This document shows, piece by piece, positions 31,982 to 42,807 of a stretch of 64,000 nt of DNA. A program made the position numbers and the translations under genes. Position 1 is the first letter of the stretch, and each line of letters starts with the position of its first letter. The notes below the pieces were generated by a model, which saw nothing but the letters and a program-made list of their open reading frames with translations, did no database searches and was not told the DNA's origin. The stretch lies in the NCBI GenBank assembly GCA_019058445.1, contig JAHPZA010000001.1:106203-170202 (forward strand), given 5' to 3'. The stretch is from Promethearchaeota archaeon. GTDB taxonomy: Archaea; Asgardarchaeota; Lokiarchaeia; Sigyniarchaeales; SOKP01.

Positions 31982-32578
31982 ATGAGTCAGAGAGGAATGT
32001 CTTTAAATCCCTTTTTAAGATCTCTTCTATATCTTATTGGTGGCGATGTAGCAATAGAAGTCGGAATAGAACTTTTAAATTCTGAAAATGAAGATATTAC
32101 AGATGAGGATATTACCGAAAATATTAAGGATCGGATTGAGGGGAAAGGAATAGATTTCGAGCCCGATGATAGCGATATATTAAAATTAAATACTGTTCGA
32201 AAAACGCTTTATAAATTATACAGTGAAAAATTGGCTCAATTTAGAAGGATAAGGGATAAAAGCACTGGATGGTTTATCTATTACTGGTGGCATGAATTTG
32301 ACTTTCTTGAGAGTATTTTACTAGAAAAAAAGAATTATGTCCAAAGAAAGCTCAGAGACAGGCTCCAATATGAAGAAAATAATTATTTCTTCATTTGTAA
32401 AGCTTGTGAAATGTCAAATATGAAATATAGATTTGATGAAGCATTTGAATTAAACTTTAGGTGCCCAGAATGTGGGGGCCCCTTAGAAGCTCAAGATAAT
32501 CAAAAAATAATTGATTTTTTAAAAGAAAAAATTGTACTCAATCAAAATGTAACAATTAGTAAGGAGTTTGAAGAGTAA
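31982..32578 (+). CDS. tfe: Transcription factor E alpha (TFE)
   Basis: VRKTLYKL, RDKSTGWFIYYW, Zn ribbon FRCPECGGPL. Confidence 0.93.
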   Translation: MSQRGMSLNPFLRSLLYLIGGDVAIEVGIELLNSENEDITDEDITENIKDRIEGKGIDFEPDDSDILKLNTVRKTLYKLYSEKLAQFRRIRDKSTGWFIYYWWHEFDFLESILLEKKNYVQRKLRDRLQYEENNYFFICKACEMSNMKYRFDEAFELNFRCPECGGPLEAQDNQKIIDFLKEKIVLNQNVTISKEFEE

Positions 32579-32583
32579 TATAC

Positions 32584-33153
32584 TCACTTTTTCTTTTTGA
32601 TAAATGCAGTATCGCCCATTGAAGTAGTTGATGTCTTTTTCATATATTTTTTTGTATTAACTTTTACATCATCAGTGGCCTTGAGGATCTGAATTTTATA
32701 TACTTCTTCAATCTTTTTTGCTAATTTTAAATTCGGCTCTACTTTCCCAGATTCAATCCTCCTTAGTAGGGATGGTTTTTCATTTAATTTTTGAGCAAAT
32801 TGTTCTTGAGTAAGGTTTTTCTGCGTTCTGACATTTCGAATTCTCTTTGAGTAATCAGATACAATTTCCACTGAAGGTTCCAGAATACTGCTTTGTTTAG
32901 TAGACGGTTTTCTTTTAATAATTTTTTGTGTATTTTTAGAGGTTCTTTCAAAACTGGAGATTTTAGGTTTACTTATTATTTTTTTACCTAAATGTGCGCA
33001 ACTTTGACATACTGTTATTTTTGCTCCTTCTATTAAGACTTTTTGACCTTTACCCCATATTTTGCCTCCACAAATGGGACAGTCATCATCTATTCTAGCA
33101 TTTTTTTTTTTATACATGGATAAACTTAAATCTATTATATATTTAAAAATCAA
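32584..33153 (-). CDS. Multiprotein bridging factor aMBF1 (start probably downstream of the called one)
   Basis: CPICG...IEGAKITVCQSC Zn ribbon plus Cro-type HTH. Confidence 0.9.
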   Translation of the reverse strand: MIFKYIIDLSLSMYKKKNARIDDDCPICGGKIWGKGQKVLIEGAKITVCQSCAHLGKKIISKPKISSFERTSKNTQKIIKRKPSTKQSSILEPSVEIVSDYSKRIRNVRTQKNLTQEQFAQKLNEKPSLLRRIESGKVEPNLKLAKKIEEVYKIQILKATDDVKVNTKKYMKKTSTTSMGDTAFIKKKK

Positions 33154-33333
33154 TGGTGTTATATGATATAAATTAGCTAAAGGAAATTCTTATAATTTAT
33201 GTTTTTATGGAAATTTTATAAAATATAATATATAGATTTTTTTTACATCAAAGATTTAATTTTGATGAAGAGATAGACTTAAATTTATATGAATAAAAGT
33301 TTATTATTAAATTAAAATCGTTCAAATAAAAAC

Positions 33334-34560
33334 TTGGGTTTACTGAATGTGACAACTACTAAAGATAAAAAGAAGAAGGAAGAGACGAAAGATGGAGAGT
33401 ATCTAATCACTTATACGAGGCATCTTGAAAAAAGGCTCCGTAATTTAGAGACTGAGAAACAGCTATTAGATGCAGAAAGATTAAGATTAGAGCAAGAGCT
33501 TCATAGTCTTAGGAATGAAATTGACAGATTAAGAGAGCCACCCCTAGTTTCAGCAACCGTTATTGATATTTTAGATGATAGTAGAGGAAGAGCAATTGTA
33601 AAAAGTTCAACCGGTCCTAGTTTTGTAGTCAATGCAAGTAGAAAAGTGAAGAATGAGAAGTTGAATCCTGGTATGAGAGTTGCTTTAAACCAACGTACTT
33701 TTGCGATAATGGAGGTATTGCCAACAAAATTGGATCCTTTCGTTAAAGGGATGGAAGTTATTGATTCAATTCCAGATATCTCCTATAATGATGTTGGTGG
33801 TCTGGAGGACCAAATGCAAGAAGTGAGAGAAACTGTGGAATTACCCCTTAAAAAACCAGAGTTATTTAAGAAAATCGGGATAGAACCTCCCAAAGGAGTA
33901 TTGCTATATGGAGCTCCTGGTACGGGAAAAACATTATTAGCAAAAGCAGTTGCTCATGAAACTGAAGCTACTTTCATAAGAATCATAGGTTCTGAATTAG
34001 TTCAGAAATTTATTGGGGAAGGAGCTCGATTAGTGAGAGAGATTTTTAATCTAGCAAAAGAAAAAGCTCCAACAATTTTATTTATTGATGAATTAGATGC
34101 GATTGGTTCTCAAAGACTTAAAATCGCAACATCTGGAGATAGAGAGGTCCAAAGAACTTTAATGCAGCTGTTAAGTGAACTGGACGGATTTGATATAAGA
34201 GGAGATGTAAAAATTATTGGCGCAACAAACAGAGTTGATATCTTAGATCCCGCATTATTAAGACCTGGAAGATTTGACCGAATGATTGAATTTCCTATTC
34301 CAGATGAATTTTCAAGAGAATCAATTTTTAAGATTCATACTAGGAATTTAACTGTGGAAGATGATTTAAATCTGAAGAAATTCGTTAATCTTACAGAAGG
34401 TGCAACAGGAGCGGATATTAAAGCAATATGTACTGAGGCTGGGATGTATGCTATACGAAGAGAAGCTGAAATGATTAAGGAAAGCGATTTTTTTGATGCC
34501 GTAAATAAAGTAATGCGAAAAGCAAAAGAAAAATTCGTAGACTCAAGACTATATATGTAA
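33334..34560 (+). CDS. pan: Proteasome-activating nucleotidase
   Basis: Coiled coil, OB domain, [28 protein letters not shown], HbYX-like C-terminal LYM. Confidence 0.96.
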   Translation: MGLLNVTTTKDKKKKEETKDGEYLITYTRHLEKRLRNLETEKQLLDAERLRLEQELHSLRNEIDRLREPPLVSATVIDILDDSRGRAIVKSSTGPSFVVNASRKVKNEKLNPGMRVALNQRTFAIMEVLPTKLDPFVKGMEVIDSIPDISYNDVGGLEDQMQEVRETVELPLKKPELFKKIGIEPPKGVLLYGAPGTGKTLLAKAVAHETEATFIRIIGSELVQKFIGEGARLVREIFNLAKEKAPTILFIDELDAIGSQRLKIATSGDREVQRTLMQLLSELDGFDIRGDVKIIGATNRVDILDPALLRPGRFDRMIEFPIPDEFSRESIFKIHTRNLTVEDDLNLKKFVNLTEGATGADIKAICTEAGMYAIRREAEMIKESDFFDAVNKVMRKAKEKFVDSRLYM

Positions 34561-34655
34561 AGATATTTTACTTCTTACATTTTTATTTTAATATTAACTA
34601 TTCTAATAATAGTTAGTTTATTATCTAAACAAAATCTACAAGCTACATTAATAAA

Positions 34656-35147
34656 TTGAATGTTGAATATTTATTAGGATTGCGGAAAATTACAGCTATA
34701 TGTGATTATCAATTTGATCCAGAAATAACCGACGTCCTATTTAGTAATAAAGAAAATATTCACCTTGAGAGGTCAAAAAATACTAATAAAATTAGATATA
34801 TATACGTAAAAGACAATCTACTATTAACATTGAGACCAACTAACGGTTTGTTTACATTAAGTTTTTTCTCCGCCCAAAAAATAATAGATAATACCCCTCC
34901 ACCTAAATTAAGGGCTATTGTATTGAATGAAGTCTCAGATTATATTAAAAAGGGGAGAAATGTCTTCTGTAAACATATTATTGATATTGACGAAAATTTA
35001 AGACCTATGGATGAAGTTATTATAGTTGATCAAAATGACGAATTATTAGCATTGGGTCGTTTAAAACTTCCGATTACCTATATCAAGACTTTTAAATATG
35101 GTGTGGGTATTAATGTTAGAAAAGGAATTAATAAATCAAAAGGTTAA
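34656..35147 (+). CDS. PUA-domain protein (ArcTGT C-terminal-like)
   Basis: DYQF, GRNVFCKHI, DEVIIV, VRKG. Confidence 0.8.
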   Translation: MNVEYLLGLRKITAICDYQFDPEITDVLFSNKENIHLERSKNTNKIRYIYVKDNLLLTLRPTNGLFTLSFFSAQKIIDNTPPPKLRAIVLNEVSDYIKKGRNVFCKHIIDIDENLRPMDEVIIVDQNDELLALGRLKLPITYIKTFKYGVGINVRKGINKSKG

Positions 35148-35185
35148 AAATCAAAATTAATTTTATATAGTAAATTGTTGTAAAT

Positions 35186-35674
35186 GTGAAAATAAGTATG
35201 AAATTACCTAAAGAAATGCAGAAAAAAGAGAAGAGTAAACCAAAACGCCCTCAAGCAGTTAAAAAGAGAGAAGGTCAACAATTTGGGTCTAGACAAATGC
35301 GTAGAAAAATGCAGCAACAAGGGATAGATATGGATCAAGTCGACGCAACACGAGTAATAATTGAAGGCCCTGAGAAAACACTTGTTATTACTCAACCTGA
35401 AGTGGTTTTAATGAAACAAGCAGGTCAGGAAATATACCAAGTAATTGGAACAGCAGAAGAATTTTCTCCAGAAGAAATTTCAATCGATGAGGCAGAGAAA
35501 ATAGATGATAGTGAACCATTAGATGAATCCGAGATGAAACCTACCATTACTGAGAATGATATTATGTTAGTAGCGGCACAGGCAAATGTTGAACGAGACG
35601 AAGCTGAGGCTGTTTTAATAGATTGCAATGGTGATATTGCTAAAGCTATTTTGCTTCTTAAAAATAGACCTTAA
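35186..35674 (+). CDS. nac: Nascent polypeptide-associated complex protein
   Basis: RQMRRKMQQQGI, YQVIG, UBA-like DIMLVAAQANV...GDIAKAI. Confidence 0.9.
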   Translation: MKISMKLPKEMQKKEKSKPKRPQAVKKREGQQFGSRQMRRKMQQQGIDMDQVDATRVIIEGPEKTLVITQPEVVLMKQAGQEIYQVIGTAEEFSPEEISIDEAEKIDDSEPLDESEMKPTITENDIMLVAAQANVERDEAEAVLIDCNGDIAKAILLLKNRP

Positions 35675-35768
35675 ATTCTTAAAAGTAAAATTTGAATAAT
35701 AAGAAAACATTAAGAATAATGAACCTATTTAAAATATATTCATAAGGAATTATAATTAATGAGTTAAC

Positions 35769-36125
35769 ATGTCTAAAATTAAAAAAAAACCCGCCGATCG
35801 CTCAACAACAACTATTTCGAAAAAGGATATCGCATTTGAGAAATCAATCCAGTTTTGTGCGTGGATGTTTTTAATCTCATTAAGCATATTTCTTGTTTAT
35901 TATGGTATTTTTGATATCATCTTAGAAGAAATTGATATTGAAATCACCGCTATGCTATTTTCCTACGCTCTTTTTACGGGAACATCTTCTGCACTTTGCT
36001 TTGCTTTATCAACAAAAATAAGAAGAAATAGAGATAGAAAGAAAGAGATATTTATAGACTGGATTATAGCTGAGTTTTTGTTTTGTATGTTTGCGATATT
36101 TTCAGTAGCGGTTTATCAATGGTAA
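35769..36125 (+). CDS. Membrane protein (3 TM)
   Basis: Three hydrophobic segments. Confidence 0.65.
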   Translation: MSKIKKKPADRSTTTISKKDIAFEKSIQFCAWMFLISLSIFLVYYGIFDIILEEIDIEITAMLFSYALFTGTSSALCFALSTKIRRNRDRKKEIFIDWIIAEFLFCMFAIFSVAVYQW

Positions 36126-36128
36126 AAA

Positions 36129-36461
36129 TTATTTATAATCCTCCCTCGCAGGACTAAAAACTTCTACAACTTCAGCAGTTTCAAGCACTTTTGCGCCATG
36201 TTTTTCCCACGAATCAAAAACATAGCTATCTCCTTCTTGAGCTAAAAATTCACCTCTAGTTTCAGTAACAAATTGGATTTTTCCAGACACTACGTACCCA
36301 ATCTGATGGGCATCGTGATCATGGAGAGGAATTTCAGCGTTTTTTTCAAGATCAAAAAAACATAACATAACTGAATCATTATAAGTCATGGTTTTTCTAA
36401 AAATTCCGTCTAGCGCTTTGACTTTTTGGATATTGTCTTTATTTACGGGTCCTTTAATCAT
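36129..36461 (-). CDS. Cupin domain protein
   Basis: PLHDHDAHQIGYV, GDSY...HG, VFSPAREDY. Confidence 0.9.
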   Translation of the reverse strand: MIKGPVNKDNIQKVKALDGIFRKTMTYNDSVMLCFFDLEKNAEIPLHDHDAHQIGYVVSGKIQFVTETRGEFLAQEGDSYVFDSWEKHGAKVLETAEVVEVFSPAREDYK

Positions 36462-36855
36462 TTATTTTTTACCTCTTACATCCATTTAATATTTTTTTTA
36501 TTTAAATATATACAAGACTAATTCTTATAAAATTTTATAGTTAAAACTGAAAGGCGTTTTACTGACTAGCGACAGAAATCCCTAAGAAGAGAAATTAGAA
36601 AACTAGTTAACCCTCTAAATAAAAAAATCCTAAAATGATTAGGATTTCAAGAGGAAACTCTTTTACAAGAACATTGTTACATTAATAGGAAAAACTTAAA
36701 TTAAAAATACAAATAAATTTTTATATTCATCGAAGAAAAATATAATGTAATTAACTGAAATATTATTCACATGAATTATCTAATTAGGTTGGGATTGCCG
36801 ACAAAAATTCTTTATTTGTGAATCTTAAAGATAAGTTTATTTATAAAAAGATAAA

Positions 36856-39006
36856 ATGGAAACAAAAGATAATGGAAGGTTAAAAATGGTTTTTGTAGAA
36901 CAAACGAGTGCACATAAAAAGAAAAGTAAATATCTAAAAAATTTATTACCTAGAGTGTTTAGAACGGAAGGGGATGTGGTTAAGTTTGATCCGTTAAAAA
37001 TTGAAAATAGTATCATTAAAGAAACTGGTTTGGATAAAGAAAATGCTGATAGATTAACTGAAATCGTTGTGAGAAGGATCATATCATCAGGAATTCAATT
37101 TCTCTCAGGACCCCATATTCGAGAAATAGTTTGCTCTGTTCTTTCAGAAGAACACTATGAGGACCAGAGAAAGTTATATACTCGAATTGGAATGCCTTTA
37201 ATGGATTATGAAGCTATTTTAGACCAAGGCATAAATGAAAATGCTAATCAAGATATGAATCCTGAGAGTATCCATCACTGGGCTGCAAATCGAATCTCCG
37301 AAGAATATGCGCTTTTAAGGCTTTTAGATTCAGAAGAAGCTAAAGCTCATTTGTATGGTGATATCCATATCCATATGCTAAGATATTTCGATCTTCGTCC
37401 TTTCTGCCAGGAATGGGACCCTCGCATGATTCTCGAGCATGGTTTACCCCCTGTTGAAAGTTGGCCGCATTGTAGTAAATCGGCTCCTGCTGGAAGCTTG
37501 AGAGTGGCTGTAACTCATTTAGCAAAATGGTTAGGCATAATACAAGGGGAATTTTCAGGAGGACAAGGTTATGATTATATTACAACGTTTTTAGCTCCTT
37601 ATGCGAGAGGAATTTCTGACAGGGAAATAGAACAATCAATGCAATGCTTAATTTTTGAAACTAACCAAATTTTTGCTGCAAGGGGTGGGCAAGTACCATT
37701 TACTTCAATATCCTGTACTCCAACAGTACCAGAAGGGTTACTTGATATTTCAGCAATAGGACCTCATGGAAAAATAGTTGGATCTTATGGAGATTATAAA
37801 GATGAATGCCTACAGCTATTTGATGCATTAACGGATGTGTACATTAAAGGAGATCAAAATGGAAAACTTTTTGCTTTTCCAAAACATGAAATAAAAATTA
37901 AAAAAGAATGGATAAATGATTTCGAACCGTCTTATTTGAAATTGATGGAAGAAGTGGCAACTATGGGTACTCCTTATTTCCTTAATATGTGTCCTGACTG
38001 GATGCCTGATGAAATACATAGTCAATGTTGTAGAAAATTTCTCAGTGGAAATGAAATCATTAGTAAATGTATCCTTGATCCCGAAAAAAGAAAAGATGCA
38101 AATGTTTGGGAAAATTACGTGACTATTGGCTCTCTTCAAAGTGTAAGCTTAAATCTACCTAGATATGCCTATTTATCTCGAAATGAAGATGATTATTTGG
38201 AAATATTAGATGAAAAAATGGAATTATCTGCTAGAATTTTGATAAAAAAATGGAAGTTAATGGAAAAAAGATTACAATCAGGTCACCTCCCACTGTGCTG
38301 CGGAAAAATAAACGGAAAACCAATTTTTAATATAAACGATCAAAACCTCTCTATAGGTTTTACAGGATTAAATGAAGCCGTTAAAAGTTTAACTGGAGAA
38401 GAACTCCACGAAAGTAAAGATGCGTATAATTTGGGCAAAAAAATATTGGAATTCATGGTCGCAAAATGCAATACAATGACAGAAAGAGATGGATATTCAT
38501 ATTCACTCTGGGAACAGCCCGCCGAGAGCAGTTCAGGACGCTTTGCTAAATTGGATTTGAAACATTTTCCTAAAAAAGCAATTCCTCAATCATCTGGTAA
38601 ATCTGCTTATTACACAAATTCGGGTCATTTCAGATATGATGCTGATATTCCACTATCAGAAAGAATAAAAAAGCAAGGAGATTATCATCCAATCGTGAGT
38701 GGGGGTGTTATTACTCATATTTTTCTAGGAGAACAAAAACCAGACATAAATGGATTGTGGGAGCTTACAAAAAATATTTGTCTTAACACAAATACGGCAT
38801 ATTTTGCATATTCTCCCGATTTTACATACTGTCCGCATTGTCGAAAGATGTTTCGAGGGGGAAGCTTTACCTGTTCTCAGTGTGGATCTCAGGACGCAAA
38901 AGTTTATTCGCGTATTACCGGATATTATAGTGAAGTTAATAGATATAATGCTGGAAAGAGAGCAGAATGGGAAACCCGAAAACGACAAAATATAGTTCAT
39001 ATATAA
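36856..39006 (+). CDS. nrdD: Anaerobic (class III) ribonucleoside-triphosphate reductase with ATP cone
   Basis: ATP cone, HLYGDIHIH, ARGGQ, SQCCR, SLNLPR, PAESS, YYTNS, CxxC-CxxC, SRITGYY glycyl-radical motif. Confidence 0.97.
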   Translation: METKDNGRLKMVFVEQTSAHKKKSKYLKNLLPRVFRTEGDVVKFDPLKIENSIIKETGLDKENADRLTEIVVRRIISSGIQFLSGPHIREIVCSVLSEEHYEDQRKLYTRIGMPLMDYEAILDQGINENANQDMNPESIHHWAANRISEEYALLRLLDSEEAKAHLYGDIHIHMLRYFDLRPFCQEWDPRMILEHGLPPVESWPHCSKSAPAGSLRVAVTHLAKWLGIIQGEFSGGQGYDYITTFLAPYARGISDREIEQSMQCLIFETNQIFAARGGQVPFTSISCTPTVPEGLLDISAIGPHGKIVGSYGDYKDECLQLFDALTDVYIKGDQNGKLFAFPKHEIKIKKEWINDFEPSYLKLMEEVATMGTPYFLNMCPDWMPDEIHSQCCRKFLSGNEIISKCILDPEKRKDANVWENYVTIGSLQSVSLNLPRYAYLSRNEDDYLEILDEKMELSARILIKKWKLMEKRLQSGHLPLCCGKINGKPIFNINDQNLSIGFTGLNEAVKSLTGEELHESKDAYNLGKKILEFMVAKCNTMTERDGYSYSLWEQPAESSSGRFAKLDLKHFPKKAIPQSSGKSAYYTNSGHFRYDADIPLSERIKKQGDYHPIVSGGVITHIFLGEQKPDINGLWELTKNICLNTNTAYFAYSPDFTYCPHCRKMFRGGSFTCSQCGSQDAKVYSRITGYYSEVNRYNAGKRAEWETRKRQNIVHI
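38580..39006 (+). repeat. nrdD 3' segment duplicated (diverged) at 50297-50738
   Basis: Both copies begin AATTCCTCAATC and stay colinear without indels to the end of the gene. Confidence 0.92.
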
Positions 39007-39255
39007 ATAACAAAATTTTATGCACTCTATCAATTTAAAAATCATTATATTTGAAATATTTGCATCATTAGTGAGAGATTTACTCTAGTTATATAACTTG
39101 AATGAAGATATAAATCCGAAAAAATAATATCAAGCAAATAACGAAAGACATTTTGAGATATTCACTAATAAAATTAATGATGAATTTAGAAAATTATTTA
39201 AGAAACTAAGACCTATGAACATAGGACAAAAGATTAAAGATGAGTAGATTTTTCA

Positions 39256-42200
39256 ATGAAACAAACAGAAAGATCATATTTTTCTTATTCAACAAAATTA
39301 AAAATTGCTGCATATTGTAATAATACTTGCGCTTTTCCTTCATGTGGTAAAAAAGTTCTTAGTGGGAGGATTAAGGCAGAAGATCTCGAAAATGGATTTT
39401 CTAAAGGTGAATTTGCTCATATAGTTGGTGTATCTCCTCAAGGACCTAGGCGATCTCAAGATGTGTCTCTAGAGAGCATTAATGATGTTTCAAATGGGAT
39501 ACTACTATGTGCAGAACACCATGCATTAATAGATGCAAATCCTAATGATTATCCTATAGAAACCTTAAGAAAATGGAAAAGGAATATTGAAGATAATTAT
39601 AAAAATCTTCTGTTTATCAGTGATTATGATTCATGGGATGTTGACATAAATAATTTAATTAAAACTTCTGAATTTATTCAATATTCCGAAGAATTAAATA
39701 AATTTTTAAATAGTTCTGAGAATCTAATTGTGCACGTAGACGGCGAAATAGGAGTCGGGAAAAAAACTTTTGTAAAATATTGCTTTTCTCAATTACCTAA
39801 AAATCTGCAGAACGAAGTTATTATAATACAATCTAATGATTTTGATCTCTCAAATTTCTCATTGTTTAATAAAATGATTAAATCAAGATTCCTTATTTTG
39901 CTTGAGACTTCTCCAAATTATCTTAAAAAATTAGTTGATAGAATTAAACAAGTTAATCCAACTAGTTATAAAGTCATTTCGATTGGTTCGGGTGAATTAG
40001 TAACTAAAAAAATAAATGGAATTATAAAAAAATATACTTTAAACCGTTTAGATTCGAAAAGTTCAAGGAAATTAATCAGCCAATTAAGCAAAATTATTTC
40101 TCAGAATAATATAAAATATATTTTGGATTTGACAAAAGGAAATCCAGGAATTATTGCATCATTGGTCAAATATAATGAAAGAAAATATGATTTCACAGAT
40201 GATTCCATAATTTCTGAAATTTTCGAGAATTTCAATGAAAGAATTAAAAAAATGGGGATAGAGTTAATTCTAGTTAAAAAAATTATATTAGGTTTCTCAA
40301 TCTTCTCTGAATTAGGATGGTATAAAGGATTATATAAGACATTATTTGAGAAAGGAAAATGGAGTTATGAATTTGAAGAGATACCTAACAAATTTTCCAA
40401 GATAATAAATGTTGATCTAGACAAGATTGACATTATTATTACAGAATTACTTGAACTAAAAGTTTTAGAAAGAAAAGGGAGATTTTTAACTTTATCTTTA
40501 CCATGTTTATCAGGTCTTTTCATTCGTCAGACACAGGAGGTATTTCTCAAGTATTTTAAGCGAATTATGGATTTACAAGATCCACATTTATTACAAAAAT
40601 TTTTAAAACGATTAAAACAGTTTGCTTATGAAGAAGTCCTAATTTCATCAATTGTTAAGGAAATTCTCGATACTGGGTTATTATCAACTATAGACTGCCT
40701 AAATATTAATTTTTTTTCTACAATCCTCTTAAATCTTGCACAGCTTAATAATAAACTAGTGGCTGACCATCTTGAATTATTATTCAAGCATAAAAATCCA
40801 CTAGAATTAAAAGAAATTTTAATCAATCGAAGAAACTTAATAACAGCTCTTGAGCATCTGATATGGTATCCAGAAACATTTAAGACGGGAATGGATATTT
40901 TAATTAAACTAAGCATAGGTGAAAATGAAGACTGGGCTAATAATGCAACAGGATTAATACCTGAAAAATTTAGAGTATATTTACCTGGAACGTCAGCAAG
41001 TTTAGATTTGAGATTGAATTATTTATCTGAGTTTATTGCTAATTCAACTGAAGAGCATTTTTTTTTGATTCCAATGATTTTCAAATCTATTTTCTATCTA
41101 AATACTAGTTCTAGATTGATATACGCTGAGATACAATCATTTAAGCCAATACCAAAAGAATTCGTACCAAATCCAAAAGAATTGTCAAAGTATTTAAATG
41201 AAACTTTTAAAATTTTTAAAAATCAATTTGAAAATGAAAAATTTGAAAAAGATGGATTAGAAATCATAAATAATAATTTGAAACTTTTTGTAGAACTAAA
41301 CAAGTTTGAAGAAATTAAATCAATATGGAATAAAATAATAAGTAAAGATAGAGATTTTAAAATCAGATTAATAAATTTTTTCGAATATCGATTCAAGAAT
41401 GATACAATCTATCCAGATATTAAAGAGTATATAAACAAATTAAAAGAAGATTTTTCCCTACTTGATTCAATTAAAGAGTTTTCTTGGAAAAGCCCATTAG
41501 ATTTTAAAGAAGAAGATATGAAATCCAAATCTCTTGAAGTAAAAAAAGTATTATCTAGTTTAGAAAAGGAAGAAATTCAAGAGATTCTAGAATGGTTAAT
41601 GAAAAATTCTGGTGATTTTGTCATACAAATTGGAATTTTGTTATCATTGGACAAAGATTGGATTGATCAATATGAAGATGTATTAGAAAGCTTTCTAAAA
41701 TTAAAGGAAAATAGGGAATTTGATTTCTTTCTTGCGGTCTCTTATAACATTAGAATTAAGGACCAAGAAAGGTGGAGATCTATATTAAAAAAAATTGAAG
41801 CAAATGAAGGACTTTCACATGATTACTTTAGATTGTTAAGAGCAACTCCAATTCTCGATGATTGGGTTGTAAATAAAATAGTTGATTTAGCTGAACATGA
41901 TTTCCTAAATGAAAGTGATTTATATCAATTTTCATGTTTAGAAAATGTAATTGAATTGGATGAAAACTTGTTTAAAAAAATAATGAGAATCTATTATAAT
42001 AGATTTCCTAATGTAATTTCTGTTAAGCCTCAACAATGGAATGATAATTTATTCTTAATAAAACGATATATTGAAAAAAATCCCAATTTTATCAAAAGAA
42101 ATGTTGAAGATCTATTAAAAATTCTTTTAAATTTTGAGTGTCATGAAGTTGAGATTGGTGATAAATTTTCAAGCCTTTGGTTAGAAATTATTCTTATAAT

Positions 42201-42807
42201 TATTAAAGAATGTCCGGGAACAATTAAGGAAATAAGAAAAAAAATAATTAGTTTAATTCCTAGCAAATATTTACCAATGGATTTTGACAAAACAACTATT
42301 AACACTCTATTTATCAATTTTTATGAAATAGAAGCAGAAGATACCTGGGAAGATTTTAAAATTTTATTTAAATCCAAATCAATTGATTATGTAGAGTTTT
42401 ATTTCAACCTCTTATTTCTAAAATTAGTGCCTATCAATAAAATTTTAGAATTATGTGAGGAAAATGTAGAAAAAAATCCTTTAATTCTTGTTAAAATTGT
42501 AGGAGAGGATATCCAATCTCAAAAAGGTCAAGATCTTGTTCGTGAAATTTGGTATAACTACTCGAATATTAGCAATCTTTCTTTTGAAATATATTCTAAT
42601 TATACTTCTGGTGTCAAAATATTCTCACCTGGTGAAAGCGCTAAAATTCAAGAATTTCAATTAAAAAGACTTGAGGAGTGGCTTGAAAAAGAAAAAAAAA
42701 TGGAAAAAACTAGAGAAAAAATGACGATATTAATAAATGAATTGAAAAGATTAATCTCGAGGGATGAAATACACGCAAAACAGAATGATGAAGAAACAAA
42801 AATTTAG
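39256..42807 (+). CDS. HNH endonuclease + P-loop NTPase-like + long helical-repeat protein (putative antiviral)
   Basis: CAFPSC...AHIVG..GPR...NGILLCAEHHALID HNH; GEIGVGKKT Walker A-like; TKGNP; ~700-aa helical C-terminus. Confidence 0.75.
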   Translation: MKQTERSYFSYSTKLKIAAYCNNTCAFPSCGKKVLSGRIKAEDLENGFSKGEFAHIVGVSPQGPRRSQDVSLESINDVSNGILLCAEHHALIDANPNDYPIETLRKWKRNIEDNYKNLLFISDYDSWDVDINNLIKTSEFIQYSEELNKFLNSSENLIVHVDGEIGVGKKTFVKYCFSQLPKNLQNEVIIIQSNDFDLSNFSLFNKMIKSRFLILLETSPNYLKKLVDRIKQVNPTSYKVISIGSGELVTKKINGIIKKYTLNRLDSKSSRKLISQLSKIISQNNIKYILDLTKGNPGIIASLVKYNERKYDFTDDSIISEIFENFNERIKKMGIELILVKKIILGFSIFSELGWYKGLYKTLFEKGKWSYEFEEIPNKFSKIINVDLDKIDIIITELLELKVLERKGRFLTLSLPCLSGLFIRQTQEVFLKYFKRIMDLQDPHLLQKFLKRLKQFAYEEVLISSIVKEILDTGLLSTIDCLNINFFSTILLNLAQLNNKLVADHLELLFKHKNPLELKEILINRRNLITALEHLIWYPETFKTGMDILIKLSIGENEDWANNATGLIPEKFRVYLPGTSASLDLRLNYLSEFIANSTEEHFFLIPMIFKSIFYLNTSSRLIYAEIQSFKPIPKEFVPNPKELSKYLNETFKIFKNQFENEKFEKDGLEIINNNLKLFVELNKFEEIKSIWNKIISKDRDFKIRLINFFEYRFKNDTIYPDIKEYINKLKEDFSLLDSIKEFSWKSPLDFKEEDMKSKSLEVKKVLSSLEKEEIQEILEWLMKNSGDFVIQIGILLSLDKDWIDQYEDVLESFLKLKENREFDFFLAVSYNIRIKDQERWRSILKKIEANEGLSHDYFRLLRATPILDDWVVNKIVDLAEHDFLNESDLYQFSCLENVIELDENLFKKIMRIYYNRFPNVISVKPQQWNDNLFLIKRYIEKNPNFIKRNVEDLLKILLNFECHEVEIGDKFSSLWLEIILIIIKECPGTIKEIRKKIISLIPSKYLPMDFDKTTINTLFINFYEIEAEDTWEDFKILFKSKSIDYVEFYFNLLFLKLVPINKILELCEENVEKNPLILVKIVGEDIQSQKGQDLVREIWYNYSNISNLSFEIYSNYTSGVKIFSPGESAKIQEFQLKRLEEWLEKEKKMEKTREKMTILINELKRLISRDEIHAKQNDEETKI

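Noticed and set aside
36545-36600. Hammerhead ribozyme (CTGA...GAAA)
   Set aside because: CUGANGA core and flanking stems are not satisfied
39128-39248. Short open frame upstream of the HNH gene (..NERHFEIFTNKINDEFRKLFKK..)
   Set aside because: No upstream start codon; at best a gene remnant and not identifiable
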